Of a DNA stretch of 64,000 bases, positions 19,345 through 29,352 are shown piece by piece. Numbering within the stretch: the stretch's first letter is position 1; the number at the start of each line of letters is the position of its first letter. The translations under genes and the position numbers were made by a program. The notes beneath the pieces are model-generated. The model had not been told where the DNA came from. It made no database searches and worked only from the letters and a program-made list of their open reading frames with translations. Source of the stretch: a virus. The stretch spans positions 1 through 64,000 of the IMG/VR virus record IMGVR_UViG_3300020455_000006, one strand, 5' to 3'.

Positions 19345-20073
19345 ATGCCTTTACCAAAGGTCGTAGCACCAACATTTGAACTGAATCTTATATCATCTCA
19401 AAAAGCAGTAAAGTATCGCCCATTTCTTGTAAAAGAGGAAAAGGCACTACTTATAGCGATGGAGAATGGTAATGATAAGGACATCACCGCAACAATCAAA
19501 AATGTATTGAAGGGTTGTATGATGTCAAGAGTGAAGATAGATGATCTACCTTCATTCGATCTTGAATATCTTTTTCTAAATGTGAGAGGTAAATCAGTTG
19601 GAGAGACTGTTGACCTCATAGTAACATGTCAAGATGACGGAGAAACAACGGTACCAATTACCATAGGTTTATCTGACATCAAGTTACACATACCCGATGG
19701 ACATAGTGATACTGTAGACATTGGAGGTGGTATTTCAATAAAGATGAAATATCCATCAATGCAGCAATTCCTAGAGAATAACTTCATTTCTCCTTCAGAT
19801 GAGACAAATCAAGACAGAATTGATAAGGCATTTGAATCTGTTGCAGGTTGTATTGATCAGGTATTCACAGAAGAAGAGGCATGGTCAGCAAGTGATTGTA
19901 CTAAGAAAGAATTGGTTGCTTTTATTGAGTCACTAAATTCTCAACAGTTTGGTAAAATAGAAAACTTTTTTACCACAATGCCTAGATTGCAGTATAAATC
20001 TACAGTCAAAAACCCAAAGACAGATGTAGAGTCTGAAGTTCTAGTTGAGGGTTTATCAAATTTTTTCGCATAA
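19345..20073 (+). CDS. gp26: Baseplate hub subunit
   Basis: MPLPK...YRPFLVKEEK...FDLEYLFLNVRGKSVGE...FF. Confidence 0.93.
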   Translation: MPLPKVVAPTFELNLISSQKAVKYRPFLVKEEKALLIAMENGNDKDITATIKNVLKGCMMSRVKIDDLPSFDLEYLFLNVRGKSVGETVDLIVTCQDDGETTVPITIGLSDIKLHIPDGHSDTVDIGGGISIKMKYPSMQQFLENNFISPSDETNQDRIDKAFESVAGCIDQVFTEEEAWSASDCTKKELVAFIESLNSQQFGKIENFFTTMPRLQYKSTVKNPKTDVESEVLVEGLSNFFA

Positions 20074-20264
20074 TGCTTTATCATACGAGTCTTGACTCTT
20101 ATTATGAGTCAAATTTCTCCTTGATGCAGCACCATGACTGGAATCTAAGTGATATAGAAGATATGATTCCTTTTGAACGTGAAATCTACATAACACTTCT
20201 TTCTAATTACATAGAGAAAAAAAATTTAGAGGCACAACAAGCAAAGAATGCAAACTCCTTCTAA
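20073..20264 (+). CDS. gp51: Baseplate hub assembly catalyst
   Basis: NFSLMQHH.W.LSDIEDMIPFEREIY. Confidence 0.88.
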   Translation: MLYHTSLDSYYESNFSLMQHHDWNLSDIEDMIPFEREIYITLLSNYIEKKNLEAQQAKNANSF

Positions 20265-21696
20265 CTATCAATCTAAATCAAGTATGGTGGACTCGCCTAT
20301 TGCAAGGTTGAGTAGTAATAGGGCGTTAGTAAATTTTGAGAAAGTAAATACAAATATGATTCAACTTAGAACACAGTTGAAAACAGATACGTTAGATAAG
20401 CAAAAGTTTGAAGAGAAGAGAGCAAAATTATTTAAGAAGGAAGAAGAATCACTAACAGGTCTGAGAGCAGCAACATTCAATCTAAGAACAATTATAGGTT
20501 CTATTTCTGGTGCATCTGCACTTAGAAGTTTCTCGAAAGGAAATATTGGTGAAGGACTACAGGAAACAGGTGTGGCGATTGCATCATTTTTGCCTGAGAT
20601 TATAGGTATTACATCAAATATTATAGTAGGTGGTCTTGCTACTAAGGGTTTGATTGGTGGTGGTAAGGGATTGGCAGCAAGTGCTCCTAAAGGTAAAGCA
20701 GGTCTAATGGCACTACCTTTACTAGCATTGGCACCATTATTGATGGGTGCAGGTAGAAATAATCAAGGTAATTCACCCACTTCTGAATTTAGAAGAGAAC
20801 AAGAATTAAGGAAAACGAGAAAGAATATTATTAATTCTGGTGATACTCAGAGATTTGGTAAACAACTTGATAGATTTGAACAAATATTGGATGGTATGGG
20901 AGGAGCTAGAAAAACATCAGAAAATGTAAACAAATCATTGCTAGGCTTTGATATGACTGATGATAAAAATGAAGATGATGATAGAGATGAAGAGGGAAGA
21001 GATAAAGATGGTAAAAAGAATATAGGAAATCAAATTGTAGATTTCTTATCATTGCTTGATCCATTCAAGGGAATGTCTAGTTCTTTTAAGTCTGATGAAG
21101 AGAATTTGCAAGATTCTAAAGATACTTTTGCTATATTTGGTACTATGTTTGATGGTGTGATGAACTTATTCAGACCCCAAGAAGCAAAAGCGGGGACACT
21201 TGATGAATTTCTCAAGGATGGTGGTGTTTTGCCTAGTAATAATGACGAAACAAATGAAAATCTCATAAAAGCTAGAAATAATTTAATGAATATATCTGAT
21301 TCATTTAGGATAAGTCAAGAAGGAGATGTTGATTTCTCTTCAATTTTAGGTTCAACAAAGGGAAAGGAAATGGAAGATATTATGACTAACTTTTTAGGAG
21401 TTGTAAAAACACAGTTTGTACCATCGTCAGATGACGATAAATTATTATCTATTGCTAATAGTTTCGGAAGTAAGTCAATAAATTATAAACCTATAACAAA
21501 AATTGAATTCGATACTGATTCTTTAGGAGATATATTTTTTCCGATGCCATCAGGTGATAGTGAAATACCATCCTTTGTTGATCAGGGTGAAATAGCAGAG
21601 TCTGATGCAGGTGTAGGGGATCCTTTCGTAGAGGTGGATTTCAAAGGTAGTATTGATAAATTTATGAATAGATTAGTTCTGAATATTAATAGATAA
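20248..21696 (+). CDS. Putative baseplate hub/tape-measure-region protein
   Basis: Position after gp51; helical with Gly/Ala-rich hydrophobic stretches. Confidence 0.5.
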   Translation: MQTPSNYQSKSSMVDSPIARLSSNRALVNFEKVNTNMIQLRTQLKTDTLDKQKFEEKRAKLFKKEEESLTGLRAATFNLRTIIGSISGASALRSFSKGNIGEGLQETGVAIASFLPEIIGITSNIIVGGLATKGLIGGGKGLAASAPKGKAGLMALPLLALAPLLMGAGRNNQGNSPTSEFRREQELRKTRKNIINSGDTQRFGKQLDRFEQILDGMGGARKTSENVNKSLLGFDMTDDKNEDDDRDEEGRDKDGKKNIGNQIVDFLSLLDPFKGMSSSFKSDEENLQDSKDTFAIFGTMFDGVMNLFRPQEAKAGTLDEFLKDGGVLPSNNDETNENLIKARNNLMNISDSFRISQEGDVDFSSILGSTKGKEMEDIMTNFLGVVKTQFVPSSDDDKLLSIANSFGSKSINYKPITKIEFDTDSLGDIFFPMPSGDSEIPSFVDQGEIAESDAGVGDPFVEVDFKGSIDKFMNRLVLNINR

Positions 21697-23537
21697 TGAT
21701 AAACGTAAGAAAGTTAGTAAAGATTTCAAGGATAGCAGATACATCATCTGGTGGACTTGCCATGATGTTTAAGAGAAATACTCTTACAAACACAGTATCA
21801 AGAACCAAATTATATAAAGAAGAGGAAAAACTACAAAAACTAAGAGAAGATACATTTTCTGCTCTCTCTCAAACATTAGGAGAGAAAGGAAAGAAAGGCG
21901 GTCTTACAACATTATTGGGTATACTTGGAATAGGAGGAACAGGTAGAGTAGTAAGAAGATTTGGTGGTGGAGGTGGTGGACTCCGTGGTGGAAGTGGTGC
22001 ACCTAAACTACCTAGAGGACCTCTTGCAAAAAGTCTATCAAAGTTTGGTAGGATTGGACCTCTAGCACTAGCATCAACAGGTTTAGATTTCTTTTCTAGG
22101 AAACAATCAGGTCAAAGTAATCTACAGGCAGGTGGTGGTGCACTTGCAGGTCTTGGTGGATTTGCAGGTGGAGCAAAACTTGGTGCAATGTTAGGTACAG
22201 CAATAATGCCTGGTGCTGGAACTGCTGTAGGTGGATTGTTGGGTGGTGCAGTAGGTGGATTGATGGGTGGTAATATATTTGATAGATTATATGGTCAAAA
22301 TACATTAGGAGCAGGTGCTGATCTTAGAAGAATTCAAGAGTTAGAAAGAACAAGACAAGGAAAAACATTATTTGGTGAAAATTTAGACAAATTTGACGTT
22401 GTATTAGATAAGTTTGAAGCTACTTCTACCAAATCAAAATTTGACCCAGCTTTTGAAGAGGTCGTTGGGTCTATATCTGCTATGCTTTTTAATATATCTC
22501 CTAAAAAGAAAGTTTCAACTCAAACTCCAGCTTTCATGAGACTGATTGATACATTATTCAATGCTGCGGTTGTTGTAGTTCCACAAGCTAAACCTCTACA
22601 ACTTACTTGGAAACAAGTTGCAAGAAACCTTATAGTAAGTAAAAAATCTAGAAAAGCATCTGGATTTTTAAAATTCAGTCAAGATGCATCTAAAATCAAA
22701 CCTCAGACATTACTTGAGAGAATGGCAAACAGTCCTTTCATGACTAAAAGAGGTACCATAATACCTGGTCAAAAAGGTGCACCAGGCATTAGTAAAAAAG
22801 GTATAACAGTAAGACAAACTTCCTTATTCAGGAAAAATTTTGGTAAAATGATCAAGAACGATCCTGAATTTCAATTGATGGATTTCTTGAAGTCATCAAA
22901 ATTGATAGATCCAAAAAAACTAAAAATAAATCTTAATAAAGATTATAGTAGAGCTTATAGTAATATAATGGAATCATATAAAAAAATCAAAAATCCAACT
23001 TCAATTGATGAGATAACGATGTTAAAGAAAATAGATAATTTGAGAAAAGTATATGAAAATAAAATTGTAGAAATCACAAGATATGGTGATGAGGTAAGAG
23101 CATTATTCAACCAATTGAAAGGTAGTTCGGTACAACAAAGGATTCTCAATAAGACTAAACCATCTGCTGAAGGTTCAGAAGTGATGAATGATATAATGAA
23201 GAATTTTAAAGTAATAAAGAAGAGATACTCAGACATAAACAAAAAGGTATTTTCTAATGAAAAAGGTGGTATAATGTCAGGACCTGAGACAGGTTATCTT
23301 GCTGTATTGCATGGTAGAGAAAGAGTTATACCAGAGGAGAACCGTTACACTAGGTCAAGGGGTCAATCACAAGGTATGAAGCAAAACATATTCATATTCC
23401 AAGATAGTAATAATAATACTCAACCACAACAATCCATACAAACACCAAAAGCACAGATGGTACCTATAATTGTAGAAGCAAATCCTTTTGATGTTGCCAC
23501 TAAATACAGTGAACTAATTGCGAAGGTGACGGTATGA
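21696..23537 (+). CDS. Putative tape-measure-like protein
   Basis: Glycine-zipper segment; GGIMSGPETGYLAVLHGRERVIP motif. Confidence 0.55.
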   Translation: MINVRKLVKISRIADTSSGGLAMMFKRNTLTNTVSRTKLYKEEEKLQKLREDTFSALSQTLGEKGKKGGLTTLLGILGIGGTGRVVRRFGGGGGGLRGGSGAPKLPRGPLAKSLSKFGRIGPLALASTGLDFFSRKQSGQSNLQAGGGALAGLGGFAGGAKLGAMLGTAIMPGAGTAVGGLLGGAVGGLMGGNIFDRLYGQNTLGAGADLRRIQELERTRQGKTLFGENLDKFDVVLDKFEATSTKSKFDPAFEEVVGSISAMLFNISPKKKVSTQTPAFMRLIDTLFNAAVVVVPQAKPLQLTWKQVARNLIVSKKSRKASGFLKFSQDASKIKPQTLLERMANSPFMTKRGTIIPGQKGAPGISKKGITVRQTSLFRKNFGKMIKNDPEFQLMDFLKSSKLIDPKKLKINLNKDYSRAYSNIMESYKKIKNPTSIDEITMLKKIDNLRKVYENKIVEITRYGDEVRALFNQLKGSSVQQRILNKTKPSAEGSEVMNDIMKNFKVIKKRYSDINKKVFSNEKGGIMSGPETGYLAVLHGRERVIPEENRYTRSRGQSQGMKQNIFIFQDSNNNTQPQQSIQTPKAQMVPIIVEANPFDVATKYSELIAKVTV

Positions 23538-24757
23538 GTAAATTCCAAATTGGTTCTAAAATTTTAGGTTTTGAGATATTTCCCCCAGATGGAGAAGGAA
23601 CACCGTTAGATTTTTCATTACAGACTAATGGTATTAACTTTTACGAGGATGTTACAGATACATCAGTTCATTTGGAAGTTGGTATTATAGATGTTTTTGG
23701 AAGATATAATAAATTGCCTGTGAGAAGTGGTAATAAAGTAGTGATTGAAATAGAGTCTAATGGGGAAACTATAAAACAGGAAATGAAAATAAGTAATATC
23801 ACTGCTTACGTAGCAACAGCAAAACGTGAGATGTATAACATTATATGTGAATCACAATCTGCCTTTGATAATCATACCACTAGGATTACTAAAAAATATA
23901 CTGGAAATATATCAGATAATATAGTGTCAATAGTAAATGATATGGGTGGAGAAATGATAGTAAATGATTCTTCATCAAATACTTTAGCATTTTGTGGAGG
24001 GTATCGTAGACCTTTGCTTGCATGCACATGGTTAGCAAAGAAATGTATCAATGGAGATATGAGCGAAACAAAGGGTTCTGCGGGTTTTTTATTTTTTCAA
24101 ACACAAGATGGATTCAATTTACTTGACATTGACAAAACATTTGATGCAGCAGATAAAGATAATGTAATAAACTATGAATATCAAATTGGTAAAAATACTC
24201 TTGATGTAAGTAATTACTATACACTCTCTGCTCAACCCACATTATCAGTAAATCATAATCTATTACAACAATTATCAGTGGGTCATTTCAAAACTGCTAA
24301 TTGGCATTATGATATAATCACAAGAAAAGCAACTTTTGTAGAATATAGTTACAGGGATAGTCAGGGTCAGATGAAAAGTTCTGCTGATGAAAATATAATA
24401 CCAGATGGTATTGATAATAATTATTCTAGACTTTTATTACAAATAACTGATAATGGTGCGATGGCACCTTCAGGGGATTCAAAAACAAAAAATGAAGAAT
24501 CCTACTTTAGACAGGCACAATCAACTTCAAGATATGCTTCTCTTTTTTCACAGATAACAAAAGTAGTGGTTCCCACAAATTTGAATCTAAGAGCAGGTAT
24601 GATAATATTTCTCAAATTACCCGAAATAAATAGTACGTATACAACTGGTCCTCAATCAGGTCTTTATATGATTTCTAAATTATGCCATCAATTTGGTGGT
24701 GATAAAGACTATACTGGACTAGAATTGGTTAGAGATTCCTATCAGGAGCTATCATGA
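23534..24757 (+). CDS. Putative baseplate hub/tail protein (gp27-like position)
   Basis: FLFFQTQDGFN, LRAGMII, SGLYMISKLCH, LVRDS; before gp5. Confidence 0.55.
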   Translation: MSKFQIGSKILGFEIFPPDGEGTPLDFSLQTNGINFYEDVTDTSVHLEVGIIDVFGRYNKLPVRSGNKVVIEIESNGETIKQEMKISNITAYVATAKREMYNIICESQSAFDNHTTRITKKYTGNISDNIVSIVNDMGGEMIVNDSSSNTLAFCGGYRRPLLACTWLAKKCINGDMSETKGSAGFLFFQTQDGFNLLDIDKTFDAADKDNVINYEYQIGKNTLDVSNYYTLSAQPTLSVNHNLLQQLSVGHFKTANWHYDIITRKATFVEYSYRDSQGQMKSSADENIIPDGIDNNYSRLLLQITDNGAMAPSGDSKTKNEESYFRQAQSTSRYASLFSQITKVVVPTNLNLRAGMIIFLKLPEINSTYTTGPQSGLYMISKLCHQFGGDKDYTGLELVRDSYQELS

Positions 24758-24981
24758 AAACTATCGAAGATCACATTGCAAAGGATAAGGAGATCCTAAA
24801 AGATCCTACAATATCCGAACCAACACGTCATCACATTGAAGATGAACTCCATGATCTTATAGATTATGAAGAACATCATCATGACGAGATTGAAGCTGGA
24901 GATCATCACGATCCTAATACAATAGAATTATGGTGTGATCAGCATCCAGAAGAACCTGAGTGTTTAATTTATGACGACTAA
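24754..24981 (+). CDS. cp12: CP12 Calvin-cycle inhibitor
   Basis: C-terminal ELWCDQHPEEPECLIYDD motif. Confidence 0.9.
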   Translation: MKTIEDHIAKDKEILKDPTISEPTRHHIEDELHDLIDYEEHHHDEIEAGDHHDPNTIELWCDQHPEEPECLIYDD

Positions 24982-27095
24982 TGCTTGAACAAAAATTATC
25001 TAAAATTGATTTTGCTGGAAAGGATGGATTTAATTGGTTCATCGCACAGGTAACAACGGATAAAGCTTGGCGTAAATTTGATGAAACCGATGGATACAGG
25101 GCAAAGGTAAGAATTTTAGGAGTTCATCCTCCCGAAATGAAAGATAAAGACTTGCCATGGGCACAATTCCTAACCCCTGCAAACTGGGGGTCTGGGAATA
25201 ATTATGGTGGACAGTCTTTTGCTTTGCAAGGAGGAGAGACCGTAATGGGTTTCTTCTTGGATGGTGATGAAGGGCAACAACCTGTGATATTTGGTTCAAT
25301 GCCACAGAGTACTTTTGTTGCACCTCCAATAAAATGGGAACTGGCAACAAGTAATGAATCCTCAAAGTATCAACCTATATCATTCAAACAGGCATATGAG
25401 TATGGTGCTCACATAAAACTTACAGGTGATGGAATACCACATAGATTGGGTGGTTTCCTAAATGCAAATAATCAAATTTTTGATGAAAGTGGTTCAAGGC
25501 AAGAGACTCATATTAAAAAAGTAAACAATGAAAAAATAGTAGTAAAGAAAGCACAGAAGTGTACTAAACCTGCACAGGTTTTTAGTGATGCTATTAAGGA
25601 AATGAAAGGGATAATGGAGTTTGTTGAAAGATTGGAACCAACTCCATTTGGTTATATTGATAAAGTATTCAATATTCCTATTCCAACAGAGGATTTTGAT
25701 AAAGTCCTTGAAAAAGTATCAAGTAAAATAGGTGGTGCTTTGTCAGTCAATCTTAGATTGGCAAAAGCGGAGATGATGGTAAAAATCGACGATGCTGTTG
25801 ATGGCATGTTGAAATTTACTGAACCTGATTTTTTGTTGAAAAAACTCAAGATAGATAAATCAAAAAACGAATTATCATGTTTATTTGAAAATATATTGGG
25901 TGGTCTTAGCAATATGATCAAAGGTTTATTGAAAAATGTTTTAGGTAAATTAGTAAGTCTCCCACTCTGTGCTGCTGAAAACTTATTGGGTGGTCTATTA
26001 TCTAATATAACAGATAAAATATCCTCTGCAATCGGACCTGCTCTCAATGCTATTACTGGTGTGTTGAACACACTATCAAATCCACTTGGTGCTCTATTAG
26101 GTGGCATGCCTAGTTTACCAGATTTTTCTTCAATGATGAAGAAAGCAATGGGTTTTGCACAAGTGGGACTCAAGTTATTCTCTTGTGAGGGTCAGGAATG
26201 TGATCCAGAACCTACTGATTGGGATTTGAATGTAGGACCTGATGGTCTTGCAAAACCTAACACGGGTAGACTTGGTAAAATAGCAGATAGAATGAATTTG
26301 ATACCAAAAATAGAGGGTATAGGAGAATCTATATTTCCTGGTCTTAAAAATGTCAAGACTCCTTTTGCAGGTATTTCTTCTTCGATTGATGGATTTGGTA
26401 CTCGTGCTGAAAAGAGATTAGCAGAACTTGAAGAGACCAACCCAGAAGCAATGGAACTTCTTGATGAAGTTGGTGGATGTGATGGTGATGACGGACCTTT
26501 TGCTAAAAAATGTGGACCTCCTAAAGTCGTATTTTTCGGGGGAGAAGGTATTGGTGGTGCTGGAAAAGCAGTTATAAATGAAATAGGAGAGATTATTGGT
26601 GTCTCTATGATTGATATGGGATTCAATTTCACATCTCCACCAGATGTAGCTTTTGTTGATGAATGTGAAAATGGTCAAGGTGCTTCAGGTAAGGCAATAA
26701 TTGAAGATGGTAAGATAGTCAAGGTTGTAATGCAAGAATCTGGAACTGGTTACTTGGGTGGTGGTATGTCTGATAGTGATGGAGAACAAGTCATTGCAGT
26801 TCTTGATGGAATTGATGTTATAGGAACTGGTGTGGGATACGAAGAAGGTGATACTATAACTACTTCTGATGGACAAGTTTTAGAACCTATCATACAAGGA
26901 GGACGTATTATTGGTGCTAATCCTATTGATGTGAGAGATGTTACTGAACTTCCTGATCTTACTATAAACAGTGATACTGGTTTTGGTGCTATGGTCAGAC
27001 CAATATTGAATATTATGAAGGTTGAAGATTATGAAAAACCAATATTACCTACTACAAAGGTAATTCAAGTTATCGATTGTGTTTCCTCTTACTAA
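24981..27095 (+). CDS. gp5: Baseplate hub/spike protein gp5 (N-terminal OB-fold part)
   Basis: R.KVRILGVH...LPWA...GETVMGFFLDG...PVIFG; no lysozyme domain seen. Confidence 0.85.
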   Translation: MLEQKLSKIDFAGKDGFNWFIAQVTTDKAWRKFDETDGYRAKVRILGVHPPEMKDKDLPWAQFLTPANWGSGNNYGGQSFALQGGETVMGFFLDGDEGQQPVIFGSMPQSTFVAPPIKWELATSNESSKYQPISFKQAYEYGAHIKLTGDGIPHRLGGFLNANNQIFDESGSRQETHIKKVNNEKIVVKKAQKCTKPAQVFSDAIKEMKGIMEFVERLEPTPFGYIDKVFNIPIPTEDFDKVLEKVSSKIGGALSVNLRLAKAEMMVKIDDAVDGMLKFTEPDFLLKKLKIDKSKNELSCLFENILGGLSNMIKGLLKNVLGKLVSLPLCAAENLLGGLLSNITDKISSAIGPALNAITGVLNTLSNPLGALLGGMPSLPDFSSMMKKAMGFAQVGLKLFSCEGQECDPEPTDWDLNVGPDGLAKPNTGRLGKIADRMNLIPKIEGIGESIFPGLKNVKTPFAGISSSIDGFGTRAEKRLAELEETNPEAMELLDEVGGCDGDDGPFAKKCGPPKVVFFGGEGIGGAGKAVINEIGEIIGVSMIDMGFNFTSPPDVAFVDECENGQGASGKAIIEDGKIVKVVMQESGTGYLGGGMSDSDGEQVIAVLDGIDVIGTGVGYEEGDTITTSDGQVLEPIIQGGRIIGANPIDVRDVTELPDLTINSDTGFGAMVRPILNIMKVEDYEKPILPTTKVIQVIDCVSSY

Positions 27096-27643
27096 TGACT
27101 AAACCATCTGATTGCCCACCAATTATTTTTACTAATCCTGAAGATGGTTTTCTTCGTATTGGTAAAGAAAAAGAAAAACAAAAAAGAGACAGTCAGGTGC
27201 AATTAGCATCTGGATCTGCTGCTAGTTTGCGTTTGTTCAAAGATGGTGGGTGGGAACTAAAGTCTCAAACCAACTCTAAAGGAAGTAATATAATTCAAAA
27301 AGGCACAGGTCCTCTCAGTATAAAATCAGAGGGTGATTTCAATATAGATGTAGATGGCACTTTTCACTTGAAGGCAAAAGATATTGTCATGGAGACAACG
27401 GATGCTGATGTGGGTGACATAGTATTGAATCCAAAGCATGACTTTAGGTTAGATGCTAAGAATTATGTTATACTAATGGGTAAAGATGTTACATTAGATG
27501 CACATAATAAACTAATTCTCTTCTCAGAGGACATGTCCTATCTTGTTGGTAGATACGTGCGAATACATGAACCAACATCACAACTCATACCACCTACCTT
27601 TGGTGCCCACATCGATTCCCTTACAGATACTCTTAAGAACTAA
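27095..27643 (+). CDS. gp5 C-terminal beta-helix-like spike protein (start moved to 27095)
   Basis: Repetitive beta-strand pattern; TAATG coupling to gp5. Confidence 0.55.
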   Translation: MTKPSDCPPIIFTNPEDGFLRIGKEKEKQKRDSQVQLASGSAASLRLFKDGGWELKSQTNSKGSNIIQKGTGPLSIKSEGDFNIDVDGTFHLKAKDIVMETTDADVGDIVLNPKHDFRLDAKNYVILMGKDVTLDAHNKLILFSEDMSYLVGRYVRIHEPTSQLIPPTFGAHIDSLTDTLKN

Positions 27644-28452
27644 TGGCTGGATTACGTGACTTAGACTCAGGTAAAATTTACATAGGACCTGAAGAACCAA
27701 AAAAACTTGACAAATCAGTAGAGACAAAGAATGGAGACAAACCTTTCGATGGTACTCTTGCTGTCACAGGTCCTATATTTTTAGGTGCACATAGTGACAA
27801 AGCTTTAGGTGTTGTCAATATGGGCACAGCATTAGGAGATTTCCAACCGATAGATGCTGGTAAAGCACTCGATATTGAAGGTGATGTCAAGATTGTAGGT
27901 GATGGAGGTGGTAAACAAGGTGTCAATGCATTGGTGATTGAGGGTGATGTGCTTGTCAAGGGCAAAATGGATTGTGGTAATAAGGGAGTTCTTGCAGCTA
28001 GATTTAATGAAGCAGATCTAAAAGGTAAAACTTTTGATATGCCTCATCCTAATCAAGATGGATATAGACTAAGACATGCTTGTATTGAAGGTCCAGAAAT
28101 TGCAGTGTATTGTAGAGGAAGGTGTACTGGCACAGAAATTATATTACCTTCTTATTGGAAAAATCTAGTGCATGAAGATAGTATAACAGTTCAACTTACT
28201 CCTATTGGATTGCAGCAGAAGATTATAGTAAAAGAATTTGATAATGAAAAAGTTGTATTAGAATCTGATATTGGTAATATTGATTGTTTTTATATGATAT
28301 GTGGTGAGAGAAAGGATGTAAATCCACTTCTTACCGAATATCAAGGAAAAGACTATCCTGATCCTAATTGGAAGAAAGATAGTCATGATGAGACTAGAAA
28401 TATGAAAGATCCTCAATATGATTATGGACAAAATACGAAAACCGTGTTATAA
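27643..28452 (+). CDS. Baseplate/spike-associated hypothetical protein
   Basis: FDMPHP...LRHACIEGPE.AVY.RG...LP.YW...SITVQLTPIG domain. Confidence 0.65.
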   Translation: MAGLRDLDSGKIYIGPEEPKKLDKSVETKNGDKPFDGTLAVTGPIFLGAHSDKALGVVNMGTALGDFQPIDAGKALDIEGDVKIVGDGGGKQGVNALVIEGDVLVKGKMDCGNKGVLAARFNEADLKGKTFDMPHPNQDGYRLRHACIEGPEIAVYCRGRCTGTEIILPSYWKNLVHEDSITVQLTPIGLQQKIIVKEFDNEKVVLESDIGNIDCFYMICGERKDVNPLLTEYQGKDYPDPNWKKDSHDETRNMKDPQYDYGQNTKTVL

Positions 28453-28472
28453 TATTAGAAAATAACAAAATT

Positions 28473-28733
28473 ATGGAAACTTGTGGAAAAGTGAAGATCG
28501 ATGGTATCATTGAACTACCAGATTACATGGTAGGTAAGATTGACCCCGAAAGTATTTGTGTGCAACTCACTCCTATTGGTGTATCTCAAGAGTTATTTGT
28601 TGAATCAATACCATATGGAGCAAAAGTTGTAATTAGAAATAGTGCAGGTGGTCCTATAAATGCATACTATCACATTCATGCAAATTCCTTAGAGGATGAT
28701 GATCATGCTCATTATCGCACAACTGATATTTGA
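28473..28733 (+). CDS. Stand-alone copy of the VQLTPIG domain
   Basis: IELPDY...SICVQLTPIG..Q aligns with the C-terminus of the previous ORF. Confidence 0.7.
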   Translation: METCGKVKIDGIIELPDYMVGKIDPESICVQLTPIGVSQELFVESIPYGAKVVIRNSAGGPINAYYHIHANSLEDDDHAHYRTTDI

Positions 28734-28778
28734 CTTTGTGGCAGGGTGTGCTATCATAGATGCAGTTACCTTTTTCAC

Positions 28779-28979
28779 ATGGAATCCTTTCCTAAATTTC
28801 AAGACGAGTACGTTGACAGAGTAGAAATATCTTTGACAAAAAGATTATTCAAGATATTTGGGTCTGATGGTCACGTACAGGAACTATTATGTGACACAAG
28901 TGATCAGTTTATGAAAGTATTAGAGGTTTCTAAGATGGCGGAGGAGATAGATAGTGAAATAAAAGTTGTATATGTCTAA
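28779..28979 (+). CDS. Hypothetical protein (start moved to 28779)
   Basis: sigma70-like TTGACT/TATCAT upstream. Confidence 0.7.
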   Translation: MESFPKFQDEYVDRVEISLTKRLFKIFGSDGHVQELLCDTSDQFMKVLEVSKMAEEIDSEIKVVYV

Positions 28980-29310
28980 AGGTAGATTCCCATTTTCTGA
29001 TGTGAGATTCCACAGCATTCCTGTTATTGGTCAGTTTTATACTAAAAAAGAGGTAGACAAACTGATAAAGGATGCTGTTGATGAAGCAAGGCGGATAGAT
29101 GAGGAATCTATGGCAAAACATAATCGTGATGCAACTGTTATTAGTATGATATTAGGGTTTACAACATTAGCGTTATTTGTAGATGGTTTACTAAGGTTAT
29201 TAGGTATTACTCCTCCGTTTTTGGATATTGATATAAACATCATTGATAATATAGTAGAAAAGGTAGAAAGTGACTTGGTGCCTTTAGTTCAGAAGATACC
29301 ACGAATCTAA
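28972..29310 (+). CDS. Hypothetical membrane protein
   Basis: KHNRDATVISMILGFTTLALFVDGLLRLLG. Confidence 0.75.
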   Translation: MSKGRFPFSDVRFHSIPVIGQFYTKKEVDKLIKDAVDEARRIDEESMAKHNRDATVISMILGFTTLALFVDGLLRLLGITPPFLDIDINIIDNIVEKVESDLVPLVQKIPRI

Positions 29311-29315
29311 AGGGG

Positions 29316-29323
29316 TATAAATA
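29316..29323 (+). promoter_or_regulatory. T4-type late promoter
   Basis: TATAAATA. Confidence 0.8.
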
Positions 29324-29352
29324 AGTTTACGGAATGGTGTCAGGAATAGGTA

